NCBI GenBank assembly: GCA_965261545.1
Contig: CBDHDF010000011.1
Coordinates: forward strand, 704,001-768,000
DNA length: 64,000 nt
From: Bdellovibrionales bacterium
Lineage (GTDB): Bacteria > Bdellovibrionota > Bdellovibrionia > Bdellovibrionales > UBA1609
Reading direction: 5' to 3'
Program-made: the position numbers and the translations under genes
In this document: piece by piece, positions 21,421 to 31,961 of the stretch
Numbering within the stretch: position 1 is the stretch's first letter
Layout: each line of letters opens with the position of its first letter
Notes under the pieces: generated by a model
What the model saw: the letters and a program-made list of their open reading frames with translations, nothing else
What the model was told of the DNA's origin: nothing
Database searches by the model: none

Positions 21421-21711
21421 ATTCAACCTTCTTAAACGGTAAATCGAAAAAGATGGTCACCCAAAGTCTCGTTCAAACATACATGCCATATGCAAAAAAA
21501 ATAGTCTTGAGCCTCCGAGTTCCCCAAGAGAACTTCAAGCATTTAAATGTGACTAAAGTACAGAAATCGCTTAGGAACTTGGTTGCCCTCACACAATTTA
21601 GATGTAGACAGCCGATCAAGATGCTTAGCACTCTTTTCCCAGTCCTCAATTATCGTGGCCAGCCGCTCCGCGTCTGTCACTCTAATTGCCGCTTCGCTAG
21701 ACGAATGGCAT

Positions 21712-21771
21712 TGATCTAAAGGGGATTTACGTCCTGAAACATACCTAGATCGGCGGCACTTCCATAGGTGG
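21712..21771 (+). mobile_element. Isolated IS1111-type right-end remnant
   Basis: atcggcggcacttccataggtgg is identical to the reverse complement of 48301-48323; the upstream ~35 bp are similar. Confidence 0.75.
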
Positions 21772-21851
21772 GAGTGTGGCATTTTTGAGCAGAAACTAGA
21801 CAATAGCCTATTCATAAAATATATAAATTTCCGATATATAAATTTGTGTCG

Positions 21852-22006
21852 TAACACTCATGGGGGCGCCTTGCTTCCCCAGCCACGCCCATGAATGTTG
21901 TGTATTAAAATAGGATTTATTAATAAATTCAGGATTTTAGACGAAAAACATTCATAGTAACATTCATGGGGGCGCCTTGCTTCCCCACCCACGCCCATGA
22001 ATCTTA
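21852..22006. repeat. Two ~49-bp REP-like palindromic units in direct repeat
   Basis: taacaYtcatgggggcgccttgcttccccaSccacgcccatgaatStt at 21852-21900 and 21958-22006. Confidence 0.85.
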
Positions 22007-22155
22007 TCTAGGCCCCCACTTCTTTGCACGAAGCAACTCGGTGGACAGCTTCGCTGGTCTATATAATTGGCCTCTTTTAGTTACTCTGGACTTTTGATGG
22101 TATTTTTGTCATGTATGATTCCGATACAATAAAGGATAAAGCAATAACATTATTG

Positions 22156-22342
22156 GAAGGTGATAAGATGAGTGGCCGTTGAATAGATTGGTAATTTTAA
22201 TTCCGTGAAGTAACATGGTCTTGAGCTTTGGATCGAACCCACGCATGTACCTGCACTCTGAGTGTATGGACGTATAGTAAGTTGACCTATTTTCGCTTTA
22301 GAATTTATGGCAAAATCCCAAGGCTCTAGTTTTATCACCTTC
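22156..22342 (+). ncRNA. Putative IS110 bridge RNA (second copy at 23783-23969)
   Basis: Enclosed by a 13-bp stem gaaggtgataaga/ttttatcaccttc. Guide-like segments match the target and donor (see findings). Confidence 0.7.
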
Positions 22343-22370
22343 TTTTTTTCTAACAGAAAGGAGGAGTCAT

Positions 22371-23571
22371 GTGGATATTATTTATAGTTCTGTTTGTGGA
22401 ATAGATGTTCATCAACATATGTTGATGTGTACGATTGTCAAAGTGGAAGACGGTAAGAAGAAGTTTTTCACAAAAGAGTTCAAGAATTTTCCAAAAAATT
22501 TTCCTAGAATGCGCTCTTGGATGAAGCCACATAAGGTTGAGAGAGTTCTTTTTGAGAGCACAGGGATTTATTGGAATTCTTTATACGATGATTTGACAGA
22601 AAAAGGTTATGAAGTAGATGTTATCAATGCCTTTCATGTCAAAAATATTACTGGTAAAAAAACTGACGTGTTGGATAGCCAGTGGATTGCAGAGCTTGGT
22701 GCTTGTGGTCTTCTAAGAGCTAGCTTCATTCCTCCACGTGAGATTCGTTCTATTAGACTTTTGGCTCGTTATCGTACAAAAACGATCCGCCAAATATCTT
22801 CGGAACAAAATCGTATGTATAAGGTTCTTGAATATTCAGGCATTCGTTTAACCTATGCAATGTCTAAAGCTGACTGCGTATCTGGTATGGCCATGATTCG
22901 TGCCATAGCTAATGGAGAGAGATCAGTTTCTAAATTGATGTCTCTTGCCAGAGGGTCTTTACGTCAAAAGACCGAAGAATTTTCTTACGCCCTGTCGGGA
23001 AAGATGACGGAAGAAAATCGTTTTGTTCTTCAACGCATTCTTGATCGAATAGATTTTTTGAAAAAAGAATGCTCTCAAATTGAAGAAGAACTTTTCATTC
23101 GTATGAAACCCTATGAAAGGCAGTGGCATCTACTCCAGACTATACCTGGAATTGACGAATTAAGTGCAGCGCTTTTGATTGCAGAAATAGGAGGCAATGT
23201 GAAGTCTTTTAAAAATAAAGGAAATTTTTGCTCCTGGATGGGGATTTGCCCATCCAATAATGAGAGCGCAGGAAAAAAAGTCTTCACGAACGAGGAAAGC
23301 GAACACATATGTGAAATCGTTGGTATGTGAGATGGCCAATAGTGCTATTAAGACGAATTCACAATTCAAAGGCAAATACCAATCACTTGTTATAAGGCGT
23401 GGGCACAAGAGATCAGTGATTGCCGTTGGTCACAAAATGATGGGAGTTGTTTATTCAGTCATAAGTAATGACACCCCCTACAAAGACCCTGGAATTGACT
23501 ATGAAAAGCTCATGGTGAAAAAAAATGCACCAAGGTGGATTAGAGCGTTAAAAAAGTATGATTTCATGTAA
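22371..23571 (+). pseudogene. IS110 recombinase, frameshifted in an A-run
   Basis: A7 at about 23273-23279 versus A9 in copy 2. Confidence 0.85.
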
Positions 23572-23661
23572 TGTAGGATGATTTAAAAACTCGGACATTT
23601 GAAAAAATTCGAAGAACGGATAGTGGATTCGTGCGTCCAAACTACCCCGGAGATTCATAGT

Positions 23662-25294
23662 AACTCGGTGGACAGCTTCGCTGGTCTATATAATTGGCCT
23701 CTTTTAGTTACTCTGGACTTTTGATGGTATTTTTGTCATGTATGATTCCGATACAATAAAGGATAAAGCAATAACATTATTGGAAGGTGATAAGATGAGT
23801 GGCCGTTGAATAGATTGGTAATTTTAATTCCGTGAAGTAACATGGTCTTGAGCTTTGGATCGAACCCACGCATGTACCTGCACTCTGAGTGTATGGACGT
23901 ATAGTAAGTTGACCTATTTTCGCTTTAGAATTTATGGCAAAATCCCAAGGCTCTAGTTTTATCACCTTCTTTTTTTCTAACAGAAAGGAGGAGTCATGTG
24001 GATATTATTTATAGTTCTGTTTGTGGAATAGATGTTCATCAACATATGTTGATGTGTACGATTGTCAAAGTGGAAGACGGTAAGAAGAAGTTTTTCACAA
24101 AAGAGTTCAAGAATTTTCCAAAAAATTTTCCTAGAATGCGCTCTTGGATGAAGCCACATAAGGTTGAGAGAGTTCTTTTTGAGAGCACAGGGATTTATTG
24201 GAATTCTTTATACGATGATTTGACAGAAAAAGGTTATGAAGTAGATGTTATCAATGCCTTTCATGTCAAAAATATTACTGGTAAAAAAACTGACGTGTTG
24301 GATAGCCAGTGGATTGCAGAGCTTGGTGCTTGTGGTCTTCTAAGAGCTAGCTTCATTCCTCCACGTGAGATTCGTTCTATTAGACTTTTGGCTCGTTATC
24401 GTACAAAAACGATCCGCCAAATATCTTCGGAACAAAATCGTATGTATAAGGTTCTTGAATATTCAGGCATTCGTTTAACCTATGCAATGTCTAAAGCTGA
24501 CTGCGTATCTGGTATGGCCATGATTCGTGCCATAGCTAATGGAGAGAGATCAGTTTCTAAATTGATGTCTCTTGCCAGAGGGTCTTTACGTCAAAAGACC
24601 GAAGAATTTTCTTACGCCCTGTCGGGAAAGATGACGGAAGAAAATCGTTTTGTTCTTCAACGCATTCTTGATCGAATAGATTTTTTGAAAAAAGAATGCT
24701 CTCAAATTGAAGAAGAACTTTTCATTCGTATGAAACCCTATGAAAGGCAGTGGCATCTACTCCAGACTATACCTGGAATTGACGAATTAAGTGCAGCGCT
24801 TTTGATTGCAGAAATAGGAGGCAATGTGAAGTCTTTTAAAAATAAAGGAAATTTTTGCTCCTGGATGGGGATTTGCCCATCCAATAATGAGAGCGCAGGA
24901 AAAAAAAAGTCTTCACGAACGAGGAAAGCGAACACATATGTGAAATCGTTGGTATGTGAGATGGCCAATAGTGCTATTAAGACGAATTCACAATTCAAAG
25001 GCAAATACCAATCACTTGTTATAAGGCGTGGGCACAAGAGATCAGTGATTGCCGTTGGTCACAAAATGATGGGAGTTGTTTATTCAGTCATAAGTAATGA
25101 CACCCCCTACAAAGACCCTGGAATTGACTATGAAAAGCTCATGGTGAAAAAAAATGCACCAAGGTGGATTAGAGCGTTAAAAAAGTATGATTTCATGTAA
25201 TGTAGGATGATTTAAAAACTCGGACATTTGAAAAAATTCGAAGAACGGATAGTGGATTCGTGCGTCCAAACTACCCCGGAGATTCATAGTAACT
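23662..25294 (+). mobile_element. IS110-family element copy 2 (intact)
   Basis: Direct repeat of copy 1. Confidence 0.93.
23998..25200 (+). CDS. IS110-family DEDD recombinase
   Basis: GIDVH, FESTG, KTDVLDS, TIPGI, and catalytic-Ser loop NESAGK. Confidence 0.96.
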   Translation: MDIIYSSVCGIDVHQHMLMCTIVKVEDGKKKFFTKEFKNFPKNFPRMRSWMKPHKVERVLFESTGIYWNSLYDDLTEKGYEVDVINAFHVKNITGKKTDVLDSQWIAELGACGLLRASFIPPREIRSIRLLARYRTKTIRQISSEQNRMYKVLEYSGIRLTYAMSKADCVSGMAMIRAIANGERSVSKLMSLARGSLRQKTEEFSYALSGKMTEENRFVLQRILDRIDFLKKECSQIEEELFIRMKPYERQWHLLQTIPGIDELSAALLIAEIGGNVKSFKNKGNFCSWMGICPSNNESAGKKKSSRTRKANTYVKSLVCEMANSAIKTNSQFKGKYQSLVIRRGHKRSVIAVGHKMMGVVYSVISNDTPYKDPGIDYEKLMVKKNAPRWIRALKKYDFM

Positions 25295-25405
25295 ACTCAA
25301 TCTTTCCACTTTGTGTGAGGAAGAATAGAGGGTTGCGAATCCAAAGCCTCCCCTATGAAGCTAATGGGGGGTGAACATTTACAAAAAAATTTAGACATAT
25401 ATTGA

Positions 25406-28204
25406 TTGGTTATAAATTTGGAATCTAATGAGATAATTAATAATTTTAAAAAAGATTTCGAATATTTAATGGGGTTTTCTCCATTTGAGTGGCAAAGAGA
25501 TCTTTTTTTTCAGTATTTTATTGGTCAAAACAATAACAATATTCCAAATATTCCTTCATTTATTGATATTCCAACCGGTCTGGGTAAGACTTCAGTGATG
25601 ACGATTTGGTATTTGGCTTTGAAATATGGATATATTGTACCTCGGCGCTTGATTTATGTCGTCGATAGGAGATCTGTAGTGGACCAAGCTACGTCAATTG
25701 CCAATGAGATTAGAATTAAAGCTCAAGATGAATTAGAAGAGCATAAACTTCTTGTAAGCACATTGCGTGGTCAGTATATAGATAATCGAGATTGGCTGGC
25801 TAACCCTGCGAATCCCTCCATTATTGTTGGTACTGTTGATATGATTGGCTCAAGAATTCTATTTTCAGGCTATGGTGTGTCTAATAAAATGAGATCCTAT
25901 CATGCCGGACTTATGGGAGTAGACTCACTCGTTGTTCTTGATGAAGCGCATTTGGTTCCTCCCTTCGAAAAAATGCTTCAAACAATTGTAAATAATAATA
26001 TGTTTGAACCTTCTAAGAAAGAGATTTGCAACTTTATGCCACCATTTAAATTGCTATCACTATCAGCCACAGGGTATGAGAGCAATGAAAATAAAGAAGG
26101 AGTATTTCAGTTAACCTCGAAGCACTGCAAAGATGAGTTGGTCAATAAGCGTCTAAACGCATGTAAAAGTCTTATTATCGAAAAAACTAATGATAAGGAA
26201 GATGTTGTAAGTGCGATAACTAAATATGCTTGGGATCTTAGTCAGGAAATGTGTGATTCTCGATCCACTTGTCGCATACTTATTTATTGTAATCTCCGAA
26301 AGAATGCCATAACAATTAAAGATAAGATTCACAAAAAAATTAATAACGAAAAAAAAATTCATTTTGTGTCTGAGCTTTTGGTTGGTAGTCGTCGAGTGCT
26401 TGAACGGCAAGAATTATCTTCTTGGTTGAGTCGTCATGGTTTCTTAAAAGATAACCAAGAATCAATGAAGAAGATAGATATTCAAAGAAATGAAGTTGAG
26501 CACCAGCCACAAGTTGCTTTTTTAATTGCGACATCAGCAGGTGAAGTAGGTATTGATCTTGATGCAGATCACATGATCTGCGATTTAGTTGAGTGGGAGC
26601 GTATGGTGCAGCGTTTTGGTCGAGTTAATCGCCGAGGTGAGAGTAAATCCTGTATTAAAGTCATTGTTAACTCAAAAAATGGCGATCTAAGATTATTAAA
26701 TCCATTGAGATTCTTTACGAAGAAATCTCAAATTTATGAAACAAAGAATGAAGAATGGAATCACCAAGAGTTATCCATATCTTTCAACGAGAAGGGAGTA
26801 AGCCCCAGAAACATATTGAAACTTAAAGAGTATGCAAAAAAAGATGAAAATATTCAGAATATGATTAAAGATGCTACGACAAAGTCACCGTTATGCCCAT
26901 ATTTGACTCGATCACTTGTCGATGCTTGGTCGATGACTTCACTACATGAACATACGGGTCGTCCCAATGATATTCAGCCATGGTTGCGTGGATGGGAAGA
27001 AAAATCAAATGCGCAAACTACGATCATCTGGCGTAAATATTTACCGATATGCAGAGGCGAACAAGAAGCGACTAAGAAAGATATTGAATCCTTCTTTGAA
27101 GCAGCGCCACCACATATCAGTGAGAAAATTGAAACCAAGACAATTGAGGTTGTTAATTGGTTTATAGATCAATTTAATAATAATAAATGTGAGTATGGCA
27201 CAAATAATAAAAATATTATTGGGTATATTTTTTATTCTTCCATGAAATTATATGAAAAAATATATACAAATGATATCAGAAAAGAATATAAAAAAGATTT
27301 AATAAAAAAACTCTCAGGAAATATATTAATTTTAAATAGTTCTTATGGAGGTCTTTCTGAGAATGGTATGCTTGATGCAACGCCTAATATACCTCTACAG
27401 CGTGTCATTGATGGTGATGATGAGTGGATGCCTAATTATGATGGCCCACCGACTATTCGATTTCGTATTCAATCTAGTATAGGGGCAAAGAAGATAGGTC
27501 TATTCAAAAAGACCTTATCTGATAATAGTAAATGGATAGAAGGCCATCGCTTTAATGTTGAGATAAATCAAGATGCTGAAGTCACACACTGGCTTGCTAT
27601 TGAAAAATGGTGTAGTGATTCGCAGACTGAAGAGGATCGGTCTACAGGATTTCCTCAATTATTAGAAGAACATCATGTTTGGACTGAAAAAAAAGCAAGA
27701 GTCTTGGCGAAGGCTCTTCATTTACCAGAAATTTATACCAAAATGCTTATGATTGCTGCCAAACTTCACGATGAAGGTAAGCGTTACAGGTATTGGCAGA
27801 GAGCATTCAATGCTCCATCTGATGGTGAGATTTATGCTAAAACAAAGGGACCTATAAGTTTAAAGCGATTGAATGGTTATCGTCATGAATTTGGTTCATT
27901 GCCATATGCAGAAGAAAATGAGGAGTTAAAGAGCTTGCCAACTGAACTTCAAGACCTTGCTCTACACTTAATTGCTGCACATCATGGTTGGGGGCGACCT
28001 AATATATCCACTTCAGGCAATGATAGTCCTCCTTCTGTTCTTGAGGATCGTGCATTAAATGTAGCGTTGCGATTTGCACGGTTACAGAAGCATTGGGGAC
28101 CTTGGGGTCTTGCTTGGTGGGAGTCCTTGTTGCGATCAGCAGATCAGCAGGCATCTCGTGAAAATGATGAGCGCAGCGTTGATTCTATAGGGGAGGTCTC
28201 GTGA
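25406..28204 (+). CDS. cas3: Type I-G Cas3 helicase with C-terminal HD nuclease
   Basis: PTGLGKT, DEAH, SAT, TSAGEVGID, QRFGRVNR. C-terminal LEEH, LHDEGK, YRHEFGS, AAHHG, WESLLRSADQ. Confidence 0.96.
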   Translation: MVINLESNEIINNFKKDFEYLMGFSPFEWQRDLFFQYFIGQNNNNIPNIPSFIDIPTGLGKTSVMTIWYLALKYGYIVPRRLIYVVDRRSVVDQATSIANEIRIKAQDELEEHKLLVSTLRGQYIDNRDWLANPANPSIIVGTVDMIGSRILFSGYGVSNKMRSYHAGLMGVDSLVVLDEAHLVPPFEKMLQTIVNNNMFEPSKKEICNFMPPFKLLSLSATGYESNENKEGVFQLTSKHCKDELVNKRLNACKSLIIEKTNDKEDVVSAITKYAWDLSQEMCDSRSTCRILIYCNLRKNAITIKDKIHKKINNEKKIHFVSELLVGSRRVLERQELSSWLSRHGFLKDNQESMKKIDIQRNEVEHQPQVAFLIATSAGEVGIDLDADHMICDLVEWERMVQRFGRVNRRGESKSCIKVIVNSKNGDLRLLNPLRFFTKKSQIYETKNEEWNHQELSISFNEKGVSPRNILKLKEYAKKDENIQNMIKDATTKSPLCPYLTRSLVDAWSMTSLHEHTGRPNDIQPWLRGWEEKSNAQTTIIWRKYLPICRGEQEATKKDIESFFEAAPPHISEKIETKTIEVVNWFIDQFNNNKCEYGTNNKNIIGYIFYSSMKLYEKIYTNDIRKEYKKDLIKKLSGNILILNSSYGGLSENGMLDATPNIPLQRVIDGDDEWMPNYDGPPTIRFRIQSSIGAKKIGLFKKTLSDNSKWIEGHRFNVEINQDAEVTHWLAIEKWCSDSQTEEDRSTGFPQLLEEHHVWTEKKARVLAKALHLPEIYTKMLMIAAKLHDEGKRYRYWQRAFNAPSDGEIYAKTKGPISLKRLNGYRHEFGSLPYAEENEELKSLPTELQDLALHLIAAHHGWGRPNISTSGNDSPPSVLEDRALNVALRFARLQKHWGPWGLAWWESLLRSADQQASRENDERSVDSIGEVS

Positions 28205-29085
28205 ATCAGTTTTCAATTTCTGTCAATCTCTTTAACCCAGGGCAGGTTTTTGCTTGCCTTGGATTTCTAGAAGCTGCAGAGGTGCTAGTGGGCCATGTTC
28301 AAGGAGGTTTCATTTGGAATCAAGGAACCAAAGCAAAATTCTATTTAAATGTAGAGAGTGATAACAATCCTTTTAAAATCATACTGGAATTCTTAGTGAG
28401 GGCCAAGCTAAAGAGATGGGCCCCGATTGGCTATTCATATAAATCATCTAATAAAGCATCTGAATCAAAAGAAGATAAGAAAAATGACCTAGAGTTGCGC
28501 AAATTTTCTCCATTTTATTTTGATCATAAAGTTAAATCAAAGGAAATGATCTTGCCTATTTACTTCATTGGTGAGGACAATACATGTATTGATCTTAGTC
28601 ATTGGGCTGATGAATCTAGTCGTTACAATTTTAAGCTCTATGCAGGAAATCGCTCTGCATATAAAATTGCCAGAGATATGATTGAGAGCATTAAAGATCT
28701 TTGGAAAGAAAATCAGACTAATCTAATCAAGGACCCTTTTATGACTACTCATATGGGAGGAAATTTCAATTTTGATTCCCGAGGAAATTGGACTTCCATA
28801 AATGTGGGGTATTCACTAAACGATCAAAAACATCAAATTGTTTCTTCTCCAGTCGTTGAGCTTCTTGGAGCTTTGGGTTTGGAAAATGCTCGACCTAGTA
28901 AAGATGAGTGTGAAGATAGGAAAATTCATTATGCGGTTTGGAAGATTCCTCTTTTTCCAATACTAGCGCGTGCTGCACTTTGTGGAACTATTCCAAATAT
29001 TCCTATGCAAAAATTTTATTTTAAGTTAGAAAAATCTGGAAAGAATAAGATTGTTACTTTTGCACAAAAGGAGGATTCACTATGA
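28201..29085 (+). CDS. cas8g: Type I-G small Cas8 (Cas8u2-like)
   Basis: NPGQVFACLGFLEAAE N-terminus, FNFDSRG, VELLGALGLE; lies between cas3 and cas7. Confidence 0.8.
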   Translation: MNQFSISVNLFNPGQVFACLGFLEAAEVLVGHVQGGFIWNQGTKAKFYLNVESDNNPFKIILEFLVRAKLKRWAPIGYSYKSSNKASESKEDKKNDLELRKFSPFYFDHKVKSKEMILPIYFIGEDNTCIDLSHWADESSRYNFKLYAGNRSAYKIARDMIESIKDLWKENQTNLIKDPFMTTHMGGNFNFDSRGNWTSINVGYSLNDQKHQIVSSPVVELLGALGLENARPSKDECEDRKIHYAVWKIPLFPILARAALCGTIPNIPMQKFYFKLEKSGKNKIVTFAQKEDSL

Positions 29086-30320
29086 ATGATTTGAAGGAAG
29101 AAGAGGTAAATGTAAAAAAAACTGAAGAAATGATTGAAAATTGGATTGATGATGAGAGTGATATTGTTGCATTACATTTGAAACAAGAACTATTACCTGT
29201 TGGAGGAAAAAAAGGTGAGAAGAATGTTATTTTCCCTCCTACTTATGCTGATATTGGTTATAATATTGATACACTGAGGGATGGGACAAAGGTTGCTCTT
29301 GTTGACAGTGTTGGTTCTCAGGCCAATCGCATGGAGCGAATTTTCAAAAAAAAATCCTACTCAAAACTTGTTCCTCAAATTGAAATAAATTTAGTAAATG
29401 ATGAAAAAAGAGAAGAAAAAGAAAAAAATGTTAATGAAAATAATAGTATTCGTAAAATATCTCTACTAGATTTAGCACATAGGGGTGCGGATGCTACTGT
29501 TTATTCATGTCCAGGTCTTGCGCAAGAAATGACAAAGGCTTTTCATGAATTGAAAATAAATGGTAATGCGTGGAAATTATTTAAATTATCTCCAACATCT
29601 TTGGTTTTTGGATTTTGGGATTCCCGTGGTGGTTCAGGTGAAAAATCTCCTCGTTTAGTTCGGTCGATTATTCGTGCATGGGATGTTGAATCCATCCATA
29701 GTGCAGCGCAATTTAATTCAATATGGAAATATCTCAGTGAAAATAATAAGAATGAACTTAAGAAATCAGGAAATAATGACAAGAGGTCTGCTGTAGGTCT
29801 TGCTGATGTTCCTTCGGTATTCCGGGAAAATAAACTTTCTAAAACACTTGATGATAGAATTTTTAATCTTGAGACAAGAGTTCTTGGAGGTATCCTAGTC
29901 AATGGAATCATTGAAAGAAATATCACTGTCAACTTGGTAGCTCTACGCAATATTTGTGGTGGCAATTCAGATAAAACTAAATCTATTCAATCTTATCTCT
30001 TAGCACTCTCCTTAATTGCAGCAACATATGAAATTGATTTATTCCTTCGTGAGGGTTGCCACCTTCGTTATACTCATGATGATTGTTGGGAGCAAATTCC
30101 TCGGAGAGGCGAAGGTAAGAAAGTTCAATTATTATTAAAGGATATATCTGAGTATGCTCAGAAGAAGGCTAGATCTTTCTATGAAAAAGGTGTAAATTGG
30201 ATTGGCCCTAAGCAGCTGATTTACAACTTTGATTTGGCTGAGGCCAAAAAACTGTCTAAGAAAGAAGTACAAAAGGACAAGAGTAAGGAAAATAAGAAAG
30301 ATACGAAGGGTGAGACTTAG
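29082..30320 (+). CDS. csb1: Type I-G Cas7 (Csb1)
   Basis: IFPPTYA, VDSVGSQANRME, HRGADA, PTSLVFGFWDS, FLREGCHL. Confidence 0.95.
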   Translation: MNDLKEEEVNVKKTEEMIENWIDDESDIVALHLKQELLPVGGKKGEKNVIFPPTYADIGYNIDTLRDGTKVALVDSVGSQANRMERIFKKKSYSKLVPQIEINLVNDEKREEKEKNVNENNSIRKISLLDLAHRGADATVYSCPGLAQEMTKAFHELKINGNAWKLFKLSPTSLVFGFWDSRGGSGEKSPRLVRSIIRAWDVESIHSAAQFNSIWKYLSENNKNELKKSGNNDKRSAVGLADVPSVFRENKLSKTLDDRIFNLETRVLGGILVNGIIERNITVNLVALRNICGGNSDKTKSIQSYLLALSLIAATYEIDLFLREGCHLRYTHDDCWEQIPRRGEGKKVQLLLKDISEYAQKKARSFYEKGVNWIGPKQLIYNFDLAEAKKLSKKEVQKDKSKENKKDTKGET

Positions 30321-30322
30321 AT

Positions 30323-31870
30323 ATGAAGTATTCACTTCTGTTTTCAATATATTTCCATGAAGGTCGCTATCACGGTGAATGCGATGGAAGAAGCGAGTGG
30401 CCACCATCACCATTTCGTTTTTTTCAAGCTTTGGTGGCGGCTACGGCAAGAGGTGTTAAGATTTCATCCCAGTATAGGTATGCACTTGAGTGGCTTCAGG
30501 ATCTTGATCCACCTACCGTTCTTGCTCAAGTTGCTTGTGAGGGTCAGAGTGTCAAAAATTATGTTCCGAACAACGATCTTGATAAATATGGAGGTGATTT
30601 GAGAAAAATTAATAAAATTCGAACTCCAAAGAGTATTCATCCACATATTTTTGATGAAAAAATTCCATTGATATTTATTTGGACATTTCATGATACGAGA
30701 GAAAATAAAGATAAAGCAAAAATTATTTGTCATGTTGCGAAAAAAATATATCAACTTGGTCGAGGTGTGGATATGGCTTGGGCTCAATCAAAGGTATTGG
30801 ACTCAAACACAATGAAAACATATATTGAAGGGTATAGAGGTACTGTATATCAACCTAGTCAAGAGGGTTTTCTGGGCACTGGAACACCGTTATTTTGCCC
30901 AACCAAAGGTTCTCTTGAAAGCCTCGAAGAACGATACAATTCTAATCGTATTACAACATGTATGGATAAGAATAGCAAGGTTGATTATATTTTTTCTCAA
31001 CAACCAAAACCTTATTTCACCAAGGTTATATATAAAGCACCATCTCACAATTTTTTGTTTGAGTTGCGTACAGTGACTTCTGATGAATCTTTTGTGAAAT
31101 GGCAGTCAATTAAAACTTTTGATCTTGTAAAGAAAATCCGGAGTATAGCAGCGAGTCGCTTGAAAAAAAGTTTACCCAAAGAAACTGAAATTATTGATCG
31201 TGTGCTTATAGGTTGTGGTGCTACCGAAGAAGATAAAGAATGTCGAGTGCGTATCTTACCCCTTCCTTCTATTGGCCATTTTCATGCGGATATATTTATT
31301 CGACGTGTGCTGATTGAGGTGCCTTCTAGGTGTCTGTTGAAGGCAGATGATTTAGCTTGGGCATTCTCTGGCATTCAAGATATTGATTGTAAAACTGGGG
31401 AAATTTTTTGGAATCTTGTGTGCACAAACGATCGAAGGATTCTCAAGCACTATGGCGTTGAGAATAGTAAAAAAGATAATTTTCATATTTGGCGCACTAT
31501 AACTCCAGTGGTACTTCCATCTATGAGGGTGAAACGTTTAGGAGGGTCTCATGAAATAGTTGGGGCTAGGGAGGGGATGTCTAAGACCAGTAGAAGGAAC
31601 AATCGCATAGAAGGTGAAGTAGAGTTGGCTTGTACTGTGAAGCAAGCACTTCGTCATGCAGGAGTATTTACACCTGTAAAGTCTATTCTTATTCAAAGGG
31701 AGCCGTTTGATTTGAATAATGTAAAATCTAAAGACTTTATTGTTCCTAAAAGATTCAAAATGAATGAATTACGTCATTTGGAGATTAATTTTAATCATGC
31801 ATTATCGGGACCTCTTGTTCTTGGTGATGGGCGTTATTTTGGTTTAGGTTTGATGGCTCCTAAAACTTAA
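30323..31870 (+). CDS. csb2: Type I-G Cas5/Cas6 fusion (Csb2)
   Basis: EWPPSPFRFFQALVA, YVPNND, LGRGVD, PLPSIG, W.TITPVVL, GPLVLGDGRYFGLGLM. Confidence 0.96.
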   Translation: MKYSLLFSIYFHEGRYHGECDGRSEWPPSPFRFFQALVAATARGVKISSQYRYALEWLQDLDPPTVLAQVACEGQSVKNYVPNNDLDKYGGDLRKINKIRTPKSIHPHIFDEKIPLIFIWTFHDTRENKDKAKIICHVAKKIYQLGRGVDMAWAQSKVLDSNTMKTYIEGYRGTVYQPSQEGFLGTGTPLFCPTKGSLESLEERYNSNRITTCMDKNSKVDYIFSQQPKPYFTKVIYKAPSHNFLFELRTVTSDESFVKWQSIKTFDLVKKIRSIAASRLKKSLPKETEIIDRVLIGCGATEEDKECRVRILPLPSIGHFHADIFIRRVLIEVPSRCLLKADDLAWAFSGIQDIDCKTGEIFWNLVCTNDRRILKHYGVENSKKDNFHIWRTITPVVLPSMRVKRLGGSHEIVGAREGMSKTSRRNNRIEGEVELACTVKQALRHAGVFTPVKSILIQREPFDLNNVKSKDFIVPKRFKMNELRHLEINFNHALSGPLVLGDGRYFGLGLMAPKT

Positions 31871-31961
31871 ATCTTGTGTGAAATGTTCATTGACAATCTA
31901 CCTACCCTTCTGCCACATTGGTGCACTCTTAGAAAATTCGGAAGTTTGCTTCTTTTTACAT

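Larger units (their letters stand above)
22035..23661 (+). mobile_element. IS110-family element copy 1 (tandem)
   Basis: aact repeated at 22035, 23662 and 25291 delimits two head-to-tail copies. No terminal IRs. Confidence 0.93.

Noticed and set aside
21453..21719. 88-aa ORF with a sigma-factor-like start and an antisense IIEDW..LDRL istB-like peptide
   Set aside because: Similarities are too short to call; probably a mosaic of decayed fragments.
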